A DNA stretch of 56,767 bases from an uncultured virus (IMG/VR IMGVR_UViG_3300028048_002245) (IMGVR_UViG_3300028048_002245); one strand, 5' to 3'; counted from the stretch's first letter, positions 21,643-32,473 are shown. The notes: generated by a model not told the origin, from the letters alone. Program-made: numbers and translations.

Positions 21643-21836
21643 GGGTATGTAAGTTTTTAGGTGGTTTCTGTAAGAAAAAAGGTGGTCGAATAACCTCATC
21701 TGAAATCGATAAAGCCTAGCCGCGTCAGTGTTGCTGCAGATCATAGCGACGGGAAAACCACCAATTTTCTTACAGTCAGCGGTAGTTCAAAACTACTTAA
21801 ATGAATTGAAGTTACCACCTATTTTCTTACATACCC
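21643..21836. mobile_element. GGGTAT-TIR MITE (copy 2)
   Basis: TIRs GGGTATGTAAG / CTTACATACCC and same internal repeats as 11104-11263, opposite orientation. Confidence 0.7.
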
Positions 21837-21941
21837 TATTTTAAAAAAAGAACCACCCTTTTCTCATCTGAGAATCGGGTGGTTCTTCTTTTTCAGCCCT
21901 GTCAATGCCTTAACTTATAGCATTGTGTATACCTTATGTGA

Positions 21942-22499
21942 TTATGCTACCTTTTCAGCATGGTTCTTTGCGAACCGTGCCACTTCCTCGAAGTCAGCAT
22001 AATAATCTAAGCGATCATATTCTTTTTCGGTCAGAGCGACCACTATAGTCTCTGACCCTGTTGGTACGTCGTGTGAGGATTCACAGCATACCAGTGTCTT
22101 CCCGCCAGTAGATACAGATACTGGCGAGATTGAGGCTTCGTAGCTTCGGCTAAAAGCCTCTTCTACGTTCTTTACGAGCTTGTACCCGCTCGCACCGTCC
22201 CATCTGCAGCCTCTGGTAAATACCAGATAACCGTAGCTAGGACGTAAAAGAGAAGATAAGACTTCATCTCTGAAATCCTCATCTATCTCACCATCCGACC
22301 AGTCTGTTGCCTCATATACAGACTGATTGTAACTATTGATTGCTTTTTCGTCCAGAAGTACAGTGCAGTCCGCACCACTGTACTCCTTCAGAAATTTTTC
22401 GTCCGTTACCTTGTCGATATCGACAGGGTAAAGGGTAAAAGCCTCTGTCAGATTTGTGTCTGCCCACTGTCGGCAGGCTTTCTTGAAATTTTTCATCAC
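21942..22499 (-). CDS. Hypothetical protein
   Basis: RBS AAGGAGG; followed by a terminator. Confidence 0.7.
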   Translation of the reverse strand: MMKNFKKACRQWADTNLTEAFTLYPVDIDKVTDEKFLKEYSGADCTVLLDEKAINSYNQSVYEATDWSDGEIDEDFRDEVLSSLLRPSYGYLVFTRGCRWDGASGYKLVKNVEEAFSRSYEASISPVSVSTGGKTLVCCESSHDVPTGSETIVVALTEKEYDRLDYYADFEEVARFAKNHAEKVA

Positions 22500-22822
22500 C
22501 TTTGTGCCTCCTTAGCACACTTGTCCGTCTCCAGAATGACGGACTGAAAATAGTAGTCATACCGTCTTTGGAAACGGCATCAGAGAATTAAATCCCCATA
22601 CATAAAAACCGCCACCAAATTCCTGAAAAGGACTTTGATGACGGTTAGAATGTCTTATTAACTTTTATGAAATTCATTATAGCCCCCTTGAATGATTTTG
22701 TCAAGCGTGGCAAAAATAAATAAAAATACTTTTTGAAAACCATTTACAGAAATGTGTAATATGGTATGATTATATCATCAAAAAAATAAATGAAGTACCG
22801 AAAGGAGTAAAGGATATAAGCT

Positions 22823-23086
22823 ATGACAGATAAAAATTTTTTAGTCCAGATAAAGGATGACAACGGAGTTCGAGGAGAGATTATGACAGCCGACAAGATA
22901 ATCGACCGTCTTGATATGGCAGATATATACGAAGAAGAACTTCGTATATTCGATATATCCCGCTTCGGATATATTGAAGAACTGTCTATAAATGGATGTT
23001 GGTCAGATCCGGAAAATCCGCTCTATATCTGGTGTACAGACAGCAACGGAAAAGTTGTCATTGACGGCTATGGGACAGACCACTGA
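22823..23086 (+). CDS. Hypothetical protein
   Basis: RBS AAGGA; AAAACCATTTACA promoter upstream. Confidence 0.65.
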   Translation: MTDKNFLVQIKDDNGVRGEIMTADKIIDRLDMADIYEEELRIFDISRFGYIEELSINGCWSDPENPLYIWCTDSNGKVVIDGYGTDH

Positions 23087-23360
23087 TACGGTGGTCTGGA
23101 ATACCTGTTGGGTACAGATAAAAACAACAGGACAAAAAATAAGCAAATATGAAGATTTGCTTTTAATTTCCCCGCTCAAGTTCTCCGGGGAAGTAAAATA
23201 TTGACACAGGCACTATAGTAGTGTTTATGTAGCCGAGAGCGTTTATACTGTGCCATATACGTAGTGGTACTGTATACGTCTGAAAGGACAGCAGAGACGG
23301 GCTATACCGGGCTGAATGGCTTATCCCTGAAAAAAGTCATCAGAGTCAGCTAAAAAAATA

Positions 23361-23589
23361 GGGTATTTAAGAAAATCGGTGGTAAGTTAAATGTTTTTAA
23401 TCAATTTAACTATGTGCGTAACTGTAAGAAATCTGGTGGTTTTTGATTAGGTCTGATGGACTCATTGTCAGTATTAGTGCGGATTTGCCTGTTTCAGTAC
23501 TGTATTGACAACCACCTATTTTCTTATAGAAATCTGTTGTCAACGACCACCTTTTTTCTTACAGAAACCACCTAAAATCTTAAATACCC
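23361..23589. mobile_element. GGGTAT-TIR MITE (copy 3)
   Basis: TIRs GGGTATTTAAGA / TCTTAAATACCC with several ACCACCTWTTTTCTTA repeats. Confidence 0.7.
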
Positions 23590-23714
23590 TAAAAAGAACC
23601 ATCCCTTTTCCAACCGAGAATCGGGTGGTTCTTTTTTTGTTCTGTCAATGTTTTAGCTAATTTACATTGCCTTTATTGGAAGTTCTGCCAGTTTTCAATT
23701 ATTTATCGCTTGTA

Positions 23715-25196
23715 TCAGAAGCGTATCTCTTCATCGTAGACACAAAGATCCGCTTCGTTCATGAAAAGAAGCTTTCCGTCGCTGTCAGAATTCATAAGAG
23801 TAGTCAGGGCACACTTGTAAGCACCTTTTACATTAAGCCTTATAAGCTGCCAGAGATCCGTAAATGTATCGATCACAGTATATTGGTAGTCGTCAACCTT
23901 TTTGCAGGCAAGGATCGCAAGGAAGCGGTAATCCTTCTTCTCTCCCGTATCACGCCATATAGCTGTAAAAGGGATGTAGAAGTCTGCATTGTGATTTTCT
24001 GCTACAACAGCATCTTTAACAGGGTCGATCCACTTCCCCGTAGCAAGTACCATGTCGCTTTCGGCATTAAGCATCTCAAAATCAGAAAGCCAGTCATTCT
24101 CTAGACCGTAAATCGTTTCTTTGTTGCTGTCTACATGCTCATAAAGATGCTCCAAGACACGTTCTGCCTTTTCGTATATTTCATCCGGCACAGGGAACAC
24201 ACCTGTTATCAGGGGCGAAGAACAGTGTGAACCGTTTTTATCAGAATGTGCCTTTCTCACAGCCCGGCGTCTTTCGATCCATTTCTTATCCACAGCCTTG
24301 TATTCTGCAAGGAAATCAAGCACCGCAAAGCGCCTTTCCATTATCACCTTATATGCAAGAGCAACAAAATAGTCGTCCGTAATTGCCCCTGTAGCAGGAC
24401 TATTATCACTGTTGTTTACGAGAGTGTAGAGGGTATAGGTCGGATCTTCATCGACACTCTGAAAAGTAAACTCAGGTCTTGTAGAAACAAATTTCTTTGC
24501 CTCTTTCTCCGCTTCTTCCTTGCTGTCATAGGTAAGGTTGCATGGGGCAAAATCCATCACATACTTTCTTTCGACCTCATCATTCATCTCATAAGGACAG
24601 GAAATGACAGGTCTATACGTGAATTCCCCGCTTTCCAGACGTGCGATATGCACTCCGTCAGGGAGATCCTTCACCGGAGTATGCATATCTTTAAGCTTAT
24701 CTAAGGCAGCAAGGAAGAGATCCTTGTTCTTCCCCAGCTGATCCGCTCTTTTCTTTATTATAGCGTCAGTTGATCCGATAAACACCTTGTTGGCAGCGGG
24801 GATGTTTTCCCCAGAAAGGAGGATATCCTTTATAAGAAGTCTTTTTGCGAGCGGGTCGATAAGTGCTAAGATATCAGCCATACGCCTTATGCAGAAACTC
24901 GGGGCAGTGCGAGGCTCTTTGTTTTCTGCATCCTTACCGTAGCGACCCTTTGCATCCTTAACCTTTGAGTCGTCATCCCCAAAGATAGCCCGCAGCAGTT
25001 TTTCCTCTGCTGACATAGGGATCTTATTAAGCGTGTCCTGCCGTGTCCTAACGTGTTCTGCTGTGTCCTGCTGTGTCCTACCATGTCCTACTATGTCCTG
25101 CTGTGTCCTACCATGTCCTACTATGTCCTGCTGTGTACTCATGTTGTTATCCTTTCTATTCTCTGCCTCTGTTGTGTTGTCCTGCTGTGTTAACAT
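23715..25196 (-). CDS. Hypothetical protein with N-terminal TQQDIVGHGR repeats
   Basis: 493-aa ORF; RBS AAAGGAAG; 10-bp periodic DNA repeat at 25033-25140. Confidence 0.65.
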   Translation of the reverse strand: MLTQQDNTTEAENRKDNNMSTQQDIVGHGRTQQDIVGHGRTQQDTAEHVRTRQDTLNKIPMSAEEKLLRAIFGDDDSKVKDAKGRYGKDAENKEPRTAPSFCIRRMADILALIDPLAKRLLIKDILLSGENIPAANKVFIGSTDAIIKKRADQLGKNKDLFLAALDKLKDMHTPVKDLPDGVHIARLESGEFTYRPVISCPYEMNDEVERKYVMDFAPCNLTYDSKEEAEKEAKKFVSTRPEFTFQSVDEDPTYTLYTLVNNSDNSPATGAITDDYFVALAYKVIMERRFAVLDFLAEYKAVDKKWIERRRAVRKAHSDKNGSHCSSPLITGVFPVPDEIYEKAERVLEHLYEHVDSNKETIYGLENDWLSDFEMLNAESDMVLATGKWIDPVKDAVVAENHNADFYIPFTAIWRDTGEKKDYRFLAILACKKVDDYQYTVIDTFTDLWQLIRLNVKGAYKCALTTLMNSDSDGKLLFMNEADLCVYDEEIRF

Positions 25197-25271
25197 AATG
25201 ATTCTTCCTTTCTTTAAAACATCTGCCAGATTTTTCTCTCCTCTACTATATAGCCGTGAGAGAGGGCAGAA

Positions 25272-25786
25272 TCTGACGTTTTTACAAAACTTTTTTCATT
25301 TTTTCTATTCGGACTGTCGGACTGTTAATCCTGTCCGGTCCAGTCCGGCTTATCCCTGATCCTTATCATAACGTCTCCTTTCGTGTAACGATAAGAATAA
25401 TTCGCGATACGAATAACCCTTTCATGACACGAATAACCCTTTCATGATACGAAAAGAATAATTCGTGATACGAATAATTCTCTCGTGGTACAATAGTTCT
25501 TCTTCCTCTCTATCTCTGACGTTTTTACAAAACTTTTTTCATTTTTTCTATTCGGACTGGTCGGACTGTTAATCCTGTCCGGTCCAGTCCGGCTTATCCC
25601 TGATCCTTATCATAACGTCTCCTTTCGTGTAACGATAAGAATAATTCGCGATACGAATAACCCTTTCATGACACGAATAACCCTTTCATGACACGAATAA
25701 CCCTTTCATGACACGAATAACCCTTTCATGATACGAAAAGAATAATTCGTGATACGAATAATCCTCTCATGGTACGATAGTTCTTC
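25272..25786. repeat. Tandem ~243-bp duplication containing 20-bp iteron-like repeats
   Basis: Units start at 25272 and 25515; ACGAATAACCCTTTCATGAY occurs twice in unit 1 and four times in unit 2. Confidence 0.9.
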
Positions 25787-25992
25787 TTTCTTTCTATTTA
25801 TCCACACCCAGAAGCGGGATATTTTTACAGTAGATTTTTATTTTTTTCTTTTCCTTTACTATATAGCTATGGGAGAGAACGGAATCTGACGTTTTTTGGA
25901 AAAATTTTGCTTTCCACTATACACGACTTTTTCCCTTCTATATCTTCCGTCAAAGAAAAAGCCAGAAAACCGTACCCCTGCTCAAAAAATTT

Positions 25993-26047
25993 GTTAGTTG
26001 CAAGTTAGTCTCAAGTTAGTTGCAAGTTAGTCGCAAGTTAGTCGCAA
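25993..26047. repeat. 11-bp tandem repeat x5 (GTTAGTYKCAA)
   Basis: GTTAGTTGCAA GTTAGTCTCAA GTTAGTTGCAA GTTAGTCGCAA GTTAGTCGCAA. Confidence 0.9.
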
Positions 26048-26229
26048 GTTGGCATTAAAATAATGACTGATTTATTTCGATTGAAACCATGTTTCTTTAT
26101 GGGGCGGGTAATTGACAGTTCGGAATAAGGGCTTCTTCCATATATAAAAAGAAGTCTTTTGTGTTTACATATTTTTATATTATGTTATAATATCATTATA
26201 AACAATCAGTTTAATGAAAGGAGAAAATA

Positions 26230-28338
26230 ATGTCCTATGTTCATCTTCATCTTCACACGGACTATTCAATACTCGATGGTCTTGGGAAGATAAAAGATTA
26301 TGTCAAAAGAGCAAAAGAGCTTGGCATGGACGCTCTTGCCATAACCGACCATGGAGTCGGATATGGTCTCGATGACTTCTATGACGAATGCAAGGCGGGC
26401 GGGATAAAGCCTATTCTTGGATGCGAGTTCTATGTAGCACCTGCTGACAGAAAATTAAAAGAGGCTGTTGACGGTGAGAGCTATTATCATCTGATACTGC
26501 TCGTAAAGAACGAGACAGGTTACAGAAACTTATGTAAGCTCATCACCCGCTCAAATACAGAGGGATTTTATAAAAAGCCCAGGATTGATTTTTCGCTGCT
26601 CAGACAATTTCATGATGGTCTTATATGTACATCTGCCTGCGTAGCAGGAGAAGTATCTAAAAAGATATTGAAAGGAGATGTGGAAGGAGCAGAAGAGACA
26701 GCCTTAAAATACAGAGATCTGTTTGGCGATGATTATTATCTGGAAATACAGAAACACGGTATCATGGATGAAGCGAAAGCTTTTCAGATTATCATACAGA
26801 TAGCAAGGAAGTATGATATACCTCTTATCTGTACTAATGACTGCCATTATGTATATCCTGAGGACAAGGAAGCTCACGACTGGCTTTTATGTATGCAGAC
26901 AAAAAGCAATCTTGACGATCCTGAACGTTTGCATTATGAAGGTGATTATTCATTACGGTCAGAAGAAGAAATGCGAAGTCTGTTCCCAAATCTTCCTGAT
27001 GCTTTTGATAATACCGTAAAGATTGCAGATAAATGTAACTTTGATTTCACCTATGCTCATAAGCCGTCGGATTACAGGATGCCAAAAGTCTTCATCCCGC
27101 CTGAGTATGGAAAAGACTATTTCCAGTATATGTCAGACGAAGCTTATAAGGGACTTGACTGGAGATATCCTGAAGGTCATCCTGAAAGGCAGCAGGCAGA
27201 AACACAGCTTGAGTACGAGCTTGGTATCATAAAGCAGATGGGATTTGCTGAATACTTTCTTGATACCAGAAAAACGATTATGTGGGCAAAGGCTCATGAT
27301 GTGCTTGTTGGTCCGGGAAGAGGATCCGGTGCAGGTTCGGTAAACAATTATTGTCTTGGGATTACCGACATCGACCCTATCAAGTACCACCTTATTTTCG
27401 AGCGTTTTCTTAATCCTGAACGTATATCCATGCCTGATATAGACGTAGATTACGAATTTGACAGGAAAGACGATGTGATAAAATCAGAGGCTGATTCAAA
27501 CGGCTTAGACCATTTTTCAAAGATACAGACATTCACGGCAATGCTTCCGAAAGGAGCGATAAAAGCCTGTATAAGAGTAGTCGGACTTCCACCGAAGATA
27601 GGAGATCATTTTTCAAAGATGATTCCCGATGATGCGAAAAGCCTTGAAGAAGCTATGCAGTTAAATCCTGATCTCAAAGAGGAAATTGAAGGTAATGAGG
27701 ATTACAGGAAGATATGGAATATAGCAACAAAGATACAGGGAACAAAGAGCGCAGTATCGACTCATGCATGTGGTCATATCCCAACTCCTGTTCCATGCGA
27801 AGACCTTTATCCATGTTCTGTAGATAAAAAGACAGGATATCTTGTATGCCAGTATAATATGGCAGAAGTAGAACATCTGGGCAACCTGAAGAAAGACCTT
27901 CTGATGCTCAGAAACCTTACCGTCATCTCATATGCAAGAAACGAGCTGAAGAAACAGGGTATAAATGTTCCTCTCTGGAATGAAGATATACTCAACGATA
28001 AGGAAACGCTTGCTATGCTGTCCAGAGGAGAGACAATGGGAGTTTTTCAGCTCGAAGGAGCGGGAATAACCCAGTTCATAAAAGAACTTCGCCCTGATTC
28101 CTTCGAGGATATCATAGCAGGTGTCTCTCTCTACAGGCCTGGACCAATGGATTTTATTCCTCAGTACGTTCAGGGAAAGCATCATCCTGAAACAATCCAT
28201 TATCTTGTTCCACAGTTAGAGCATATCCTGGAGCCTACATACGGTGTCATCGTATATCAGGAGCAGGTAATGCAGATTGTACGTGATCTTGCAGGCTTTT
28301 CAATGGGTCGTGCAGACGTAGTAAGAAAAGCGATGGGT
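26230..28338 (+). CDS. dnaE: DNA polymerase III alpha subunit, exon 1
   Basis: PHP domain HLHLHTDYSILDG, GPGRGSGAGS, catalytic MPDIDVD; ends RKAMG. Confidence 0.95.
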
Positions 28339-28924
28339 TGACCGAAAGGTTACTAGCCCGCCCATATGGAAACATATGGGGTAACATAAAGCTAAAACGG
28401 TGAAAGCATTATTTCTGTTATGTAATCTAATAAGGAGGTTGAATGAAGATTACAAAACAGGATAAGGAAAAAATTATTCAGATGTATAAAGATGGCATGA
28501 ATGGAGCTGAAATTGCTCGAATAGTACCGTTCAGTCATGATACTGTATGTAAGGTACTAAAAGATGCAGGTTTTAATCAGAAAAAAGTCGTTTTGATAAA
28601 TTAAGTTTCATAACAGAAGATGCTAATACCGTGGTAACTGTCTAAATTAAAAAGTAGCAGTACCGTAACGCATTCCTGCTGAACCTTCGCTGAAATGCGA
28701 AGAATATAATGCAGACAAGAGAGCTTTACACGATATGTATAGCATATCAGATACCGGGTACGCTCCGGATCTCCAAACGTACAAGCATACAAAGTATGTG
28801 ACGTGGGTGATAGTTTATGCTGGGCTGGGTCTGAACTGACAGACCGTATCAGGATATATCCTGTATGGGCGAAACCATAAGCTCCAGAACCAGAGGATAA
28901 AAAGCCTCTGGGATAACAGAACCG
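28339..28924 (+). ncRNA. Group I self-splicing intron in dnaE
   Basis: Exon ends in U (GGT), intron ends in G; splicing restores RKAMG-KKK; IGS GCCCG pairs with exon TGGGT; core-like motifs AAAACGGTGAA, CTAATACCGTG, GTAACGCAT / TATGCTG. Confidence 0.85.
28443..28604 (+). CDS. Intron-encoded 53-aa HTH peptide (homing endonuclease remnant?)
   Basis: RBS AAGGAGG; MKITKQDKEKIIQMYKDGMNGAEIARIVPFSHDTVCKVLK; flanked by inverted repeat TTCTGTTATG / CATAACAGAA. Confidence 0.55.
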   Translation: MKITKQDKEKIIQMYKDGMNGAEIARIVPFSHDTVCKVLKDAGFNQKKVVLIN

Positions 28925-30319
28925 AAAAAAAAGATGGATATAATGCTTGCCGAGAAGAAAAATTTCATCTACGGCAACGACGAACTGAATATACCTGGAT
29001 GCATAAAGAACGGCATATCTGAAGAGAATGCCGAGACTATTTATAACCAGATGATAGACTTTGCAAAGTATGCTTTCAACAAATCCCATGCAGCAGCCTA
29101 TGCTGCTATATCAATGGAGACTGCATACCTGAAGTGTCATTACCCGGTCGTATATATGGCAGGTCTCATGACTTCTGTATCAGATAAGACCGACAAGCTT
29201 GTAAAGTATGTGGCCGAATGCAGGAAGACAGGGATACAGATTCTTTCACCTGATATAAACAGTTCAAGAGTCGGTTTTACTGTCGAAGGAGATGGGATCA
29301 GATTCGGACTCAATGCCGTAAAGAAAGTAGGAGATGCAGTATCAGAAGAAGCCGTAAATGAAAGAAATAAAAACGGCAGATATGAATCAGTCATAGACTT
29401 TATAGAACGAAATCCTGACATCAACTCTGGAGCAATGGTCTCACTTGCTAATGCAGGTGCATTCTCGTTCGGATATTCAAGGAACAGCCTTTCCACATAC
29501 ATGAAGAGCGTGTATGTGGACAAAAAGAAAGAGAGCAAAAATCAGGTCGCAGGACAGATGTCTATCTTTGATCTTGCAGGATTCAGCAAAGCAGATGAGG
29601 ATGCTGATTATTTCAGACCTCTTCCTGAGTATGATAAAGAAATCCTCCTTAAAAAAGAGAAAGAAGCTACCGGAATGTATCTGTCAGGACATCCTCTTGA
29701 TGAATATGCCGAGGTACTTGATGAGGAAGATACTATCGAAGCATCGGACCTTGCAAAAGAGACTGATGATGAAGGAAATATCATATCAAACGGAACTGCA
29801 AAAGACGGGCAGAAAGCCACATTTGGCGGAATGGTAACAGAACGCCGTATAGTAACGACCAAGAAAGGCGAGCTGATGGCATTTGTAACTGTTGAAGGAC
29901 GTGACGGTCAGATTGATGTTGTAGTCTTCCCTAAGACATATCAGGAATGCAAGCAGCTAATTGGTACAGATGATGCCAAGGTTCTTGTAAAAGGCACTGT
30001 GAGCCTGTCTGAAGATAAAAATAACAGTATCCTTGCAGACAGCATAACAGTATTAAGAAAACCTACCCGTAATCTGTGGCTGCATCTGAAGGATAAGCAG
30101 TCATATTATGATTGCAGGGACAGGGTTATGGATATGGTTGCCAATAATCAAGGATATGACAATCTTCTCATCGTGATTGATGATTATGACGGAGATAAGA
30201 AAATAAGAAACATGGAAAGGATAGCAGATGCTGATTCTCTGAAAAGTTATCTGTCAAAGGAATTTGGAGAAGATAATGTTGCCATTACCAAGGCAAAATT
30301 GAAGAAACCCCGATGCTAA
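28925..30319 (+). CDS. dnaE: DNA polymerase III alpha subunit, exon 2
   Basis: FAKYAFNKSHAAAY, EKEATGMYLSGHPL, OB fold. Confidence 0.95.
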   Translation, partial: KKKMDIMLAEKKNFIYGNDELNIPGCIKNGISEENAETIYNQMIDFAKYAFNKSHAAAYAAISMETAYLKCHYPVVYMAGLMTSVSDKTDKLVKYVAECRKTGIQILSPDINSSRVGFTVEGDGIRFGLNAVKKVGDAVSEEAVNERNKNGRYESVIDFIERNPDINSGAMVSLANAGAFSFGYSRNSLSTYMKSVYVDKKKESKNQVAGQMSIFDLAGFSKADEDADYFRPLPEYDKEILLKKEKEATGMYLSGHPLDEYAEVLDEEDTIEASDLAKETDDEGNIISNGTAKDGQKATFGGMVTERRIVTTKKGELMAFVTVEGRDGQIDVVVFPKTYQECKQLIGTDDAKVLVKGTVSLSEDKNNSILADSITVLRKPTRNLWLHLKDKQSYYDCRDRVMDMVANNQGYDNLLIVIDDYDGDKKIRNMERIADADSLKSYLSKEFGEDNVAITKAKLKKPRC

Positions 30320-30418
30320 AGCATCGGGAATGAATGCCACCATTAGTAAATGTAGTCAGAACTATTAACGCACGGAAAATGCATATGTATCACATAGAAA
30401 TTGAAAGGAGATGCTGAT

Positions 30419-30670
30419 ATGATACCGCATAAAGGGGCCCTGAAGCCGGATGAGATGGAAAAATTGTGGAAAATGTACACAAATGACGGATACACGCAGT
30501 CAGAGCTTGCAGAGAAATTCAGGATAAGCCAGTCAACGGTTTCAAACTGTATCAGCAGGGTAAAATACAACCATGAAATAAAAGAGCTTAAAGAACTGAA
30601 AAAGAAGGCTTTACAGCAGAAAATGAAACCTTATATCGGAGACGCAGAAACTACGGAAGAGGATCAATAA
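30419..30670 (+). CDS. HTH DNA-binding protein
   Basis: YTQSELAEKFRISQSTVSNCI. Confidence 0.75.
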   Translation: MIPHKGALKPDEMEKLWKMYTNDGYTQSELAEKFRISQSTVSNCISRVKYNHEIKELKELKKKALQQKMKPYIGDAETTEEDQ

Positions 30671-30680
30671 CAGATAACAG

Positions 30681-32251
30681 CTCACTAATACCCACGGGCA
30701 AGCCCGTGGGGTTGCAGTAGAAATACTGTAACCCTGAGTGAGTAGCCTAAGTGCTTTAAGCACTACGTTAAGAGAGAATATATAGGTACTTTGGAATGTA
30801 GTACCAAGTTCCAAACACTACGGTCTGTGATTAAACAGCTCTGAGGTATAGGAGCAGTGTTGCAGACACATAAACCTCTCATTAACATTGGCGATGGTAC
30901 ACTAACCACCCTTCGGGGTGAGTAACTAAAACCTTTTAAGGTTTTAAGAAAGGAGTACGACTTATGGTCTATGTATTATCAAAAACCGGACAGCCTTTAA
31001 TGCCTACAGAAAACCATGCTAAAGTACGTATTCTTTTAAAGCAAGGTAAGGCAAAGGTAGTACACCGCTGTCCGTTTACAATACAACTGTTGTATAGTAG
31101 CACGAACTATACACAAAAGGTAACTTTAGGCATAGATAGTGGAAGTAAGCATATTGGTCTTTCAGCAACTACAAAGGATAAAGTATTATTTGAGTCTGAT
31201 GTAGAGCTTAGAAACGATATTGTAGACTTACTTTCTACTCGTAGAGAATTAAGGCGTTCCCGCAGGAGTCGTAAACTCCGTCATCGTAAACCAAGATTTG
31301 ATAATCGCAGACGTGGTAAGGGGTGGTTAGCACCTTCTGTAAAACAAAAAGTAGACTCTCACATTACAATGATAGCCAAAGTACATAAAATACTGCCTAT
31401 CTCGGATATCGTAGTAGAAGTAGCCTCTTTCGATATACAAAAGATTAAAGATCCTACCATAAGTGGGGACGATTATCAACATGGCGAACAATTAGACTTC
31501 TGGAATGTGCGTGAGTACGTCCTCTTTCGTGACGGACACAAATGTCAATGCTGCCACGGAAAATCAGGAGATAAAATTTTAAATGTACATCACATTGAAA
31601 GCCGTAAGATAGGCAGCAACGCACCTAACAACCTGATCACACTATGTGAAACCTGTCATACCGGGTATCATAAAGGAACCGTAAAACTACCTAAGACAAT
31701 ACATAGAGGAATGTCTTTTAAGGACGCTACGTTTATGGGTATCATGCGTTGGGCTTTGTATGGGAAACTTAAGTCTATATATCCAGACGTAAAACTTACT
31801 TACGGATATATTACTAAAAACGTTCGTATAAAAAACGGCTTGCCAAAGGATCATTACATAGATGCTCGTTGTATTAGTGACAATCCTAACGCTGTCAGTA
31901 ACGGAGATGTTTATTATTATAAAAAAGTTCGTTGCCACAACAGGCAGATACATAAGAATACCATCCTTAAAGGTGGTTATCGCAAACGTAATCAGGCACC
32001 GTATGAAGTTAAAGGTTTTAGGCTTTTTGATAAGGTGCAGTGGAAAGGATGTAAGTGTTTCATCTTTGGCAGACGTTCTACAGGGCGTATGGACTTGAGG
32101 CTTTTAGACGGAACGCATGTTAACGCATCTGTAGGATATAAGAACCTGAAGCTGCTAAAAATGCGTAGTAGTTATCTTATAGAACAAAGAAAGGTAGGTT
32201 AAAGGCGGTTCCTCCCATGGGCAAGCCCATGGGTTTCCCCGCCAAAAATAT
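30681..32251 (+). mobile_element. IscB-encoding IS element (copy 2) with omegaRNA at ~30681-30950
   Basis: Same ends and omegaRNA as 11823-13394; followed by ATGA. Confidence 0.9.
30964..32202 (+). CDS. iscB: IscB RNA-guided endonuclease
   Basis: PLMP, RuvC, bridge helix, HNH; close paralogue of 12107-13345. Confidence 0.95.
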   Translation: MVYVLSKTGQPLMPTENHAKVRILLKQGKAKVVHRCPFTIQLLYSSTNYTQKVTLGIDSGSKHIGLSATTKDKVLFESDVELRNDIVDLLSTRRELRRSRRSRKLRHRKPRFDNRRRGKGWLAPSVKQKVDSHITMIAKVHKILPISDIVVEVASFDIQKIKDPTISGDDYQHGEQLDFWNVREYVLFRDGHKCQCCHGKSGDKILNVHHIESRKIGSNAPNNLITLCETCHTGYHKGTVKLPKTIHRGMSFKDATFMGIMRWALYGKLKSIYPDVKLTYGYITKNVRIKNGLPKDHYIDARCISDNPNAVSNGDVYYYKKVRCHNRQIHKNTILKGGYRKRNQAPYEVKGFRLFDKVQWKGCKCFIFGRRSTGRMDLRLLDGTHVNASVGYKNLKLLKMRSSYLIEQRKVG

Positions 32252-32473
32252 ATGACAGATAATAATACATGTCCATGTAAAGGATGCACAACGAACACCG
32301 GCAGATCAGTAGGATGTCATGCTGAATGCGTGAAATATTTAGAATGGGATAAAGCCCGCAAAGAAGCAAAAAAGGAGCTGAATAAAGTTATTGCATTTCA
32401 GAGGCTGCAACATAACGACCTGCAATACCGTATAGAACATTCAAGAAGAGTCGTACACCAACATCGGGGCTGA
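32252..32473 (+). CDS. Small Cys-rich phage-type protein
   Basis: CPCKGC..R..GCHAEC..Y..W motif. Confidence 0.65.
   Translation: MTDNNTCPCKGCTTNTGRSVGCHAECVKYLEWDKARKEAKKELNKVIAFQRLQHNDLQYRIEHSRRVVHQHRG

Noticed and set aside
25381..25780. 20-bp repeats as a second CRISPR array
   Set aside because: Units are directly tandem with no unique spacers
26230..30319. Split intein or pseudogene explanation for the broken dnaE
   Set aside because: No intein termini; nucleotide-precise U/G boundaries restore the conserved motif, which favours a group I intron
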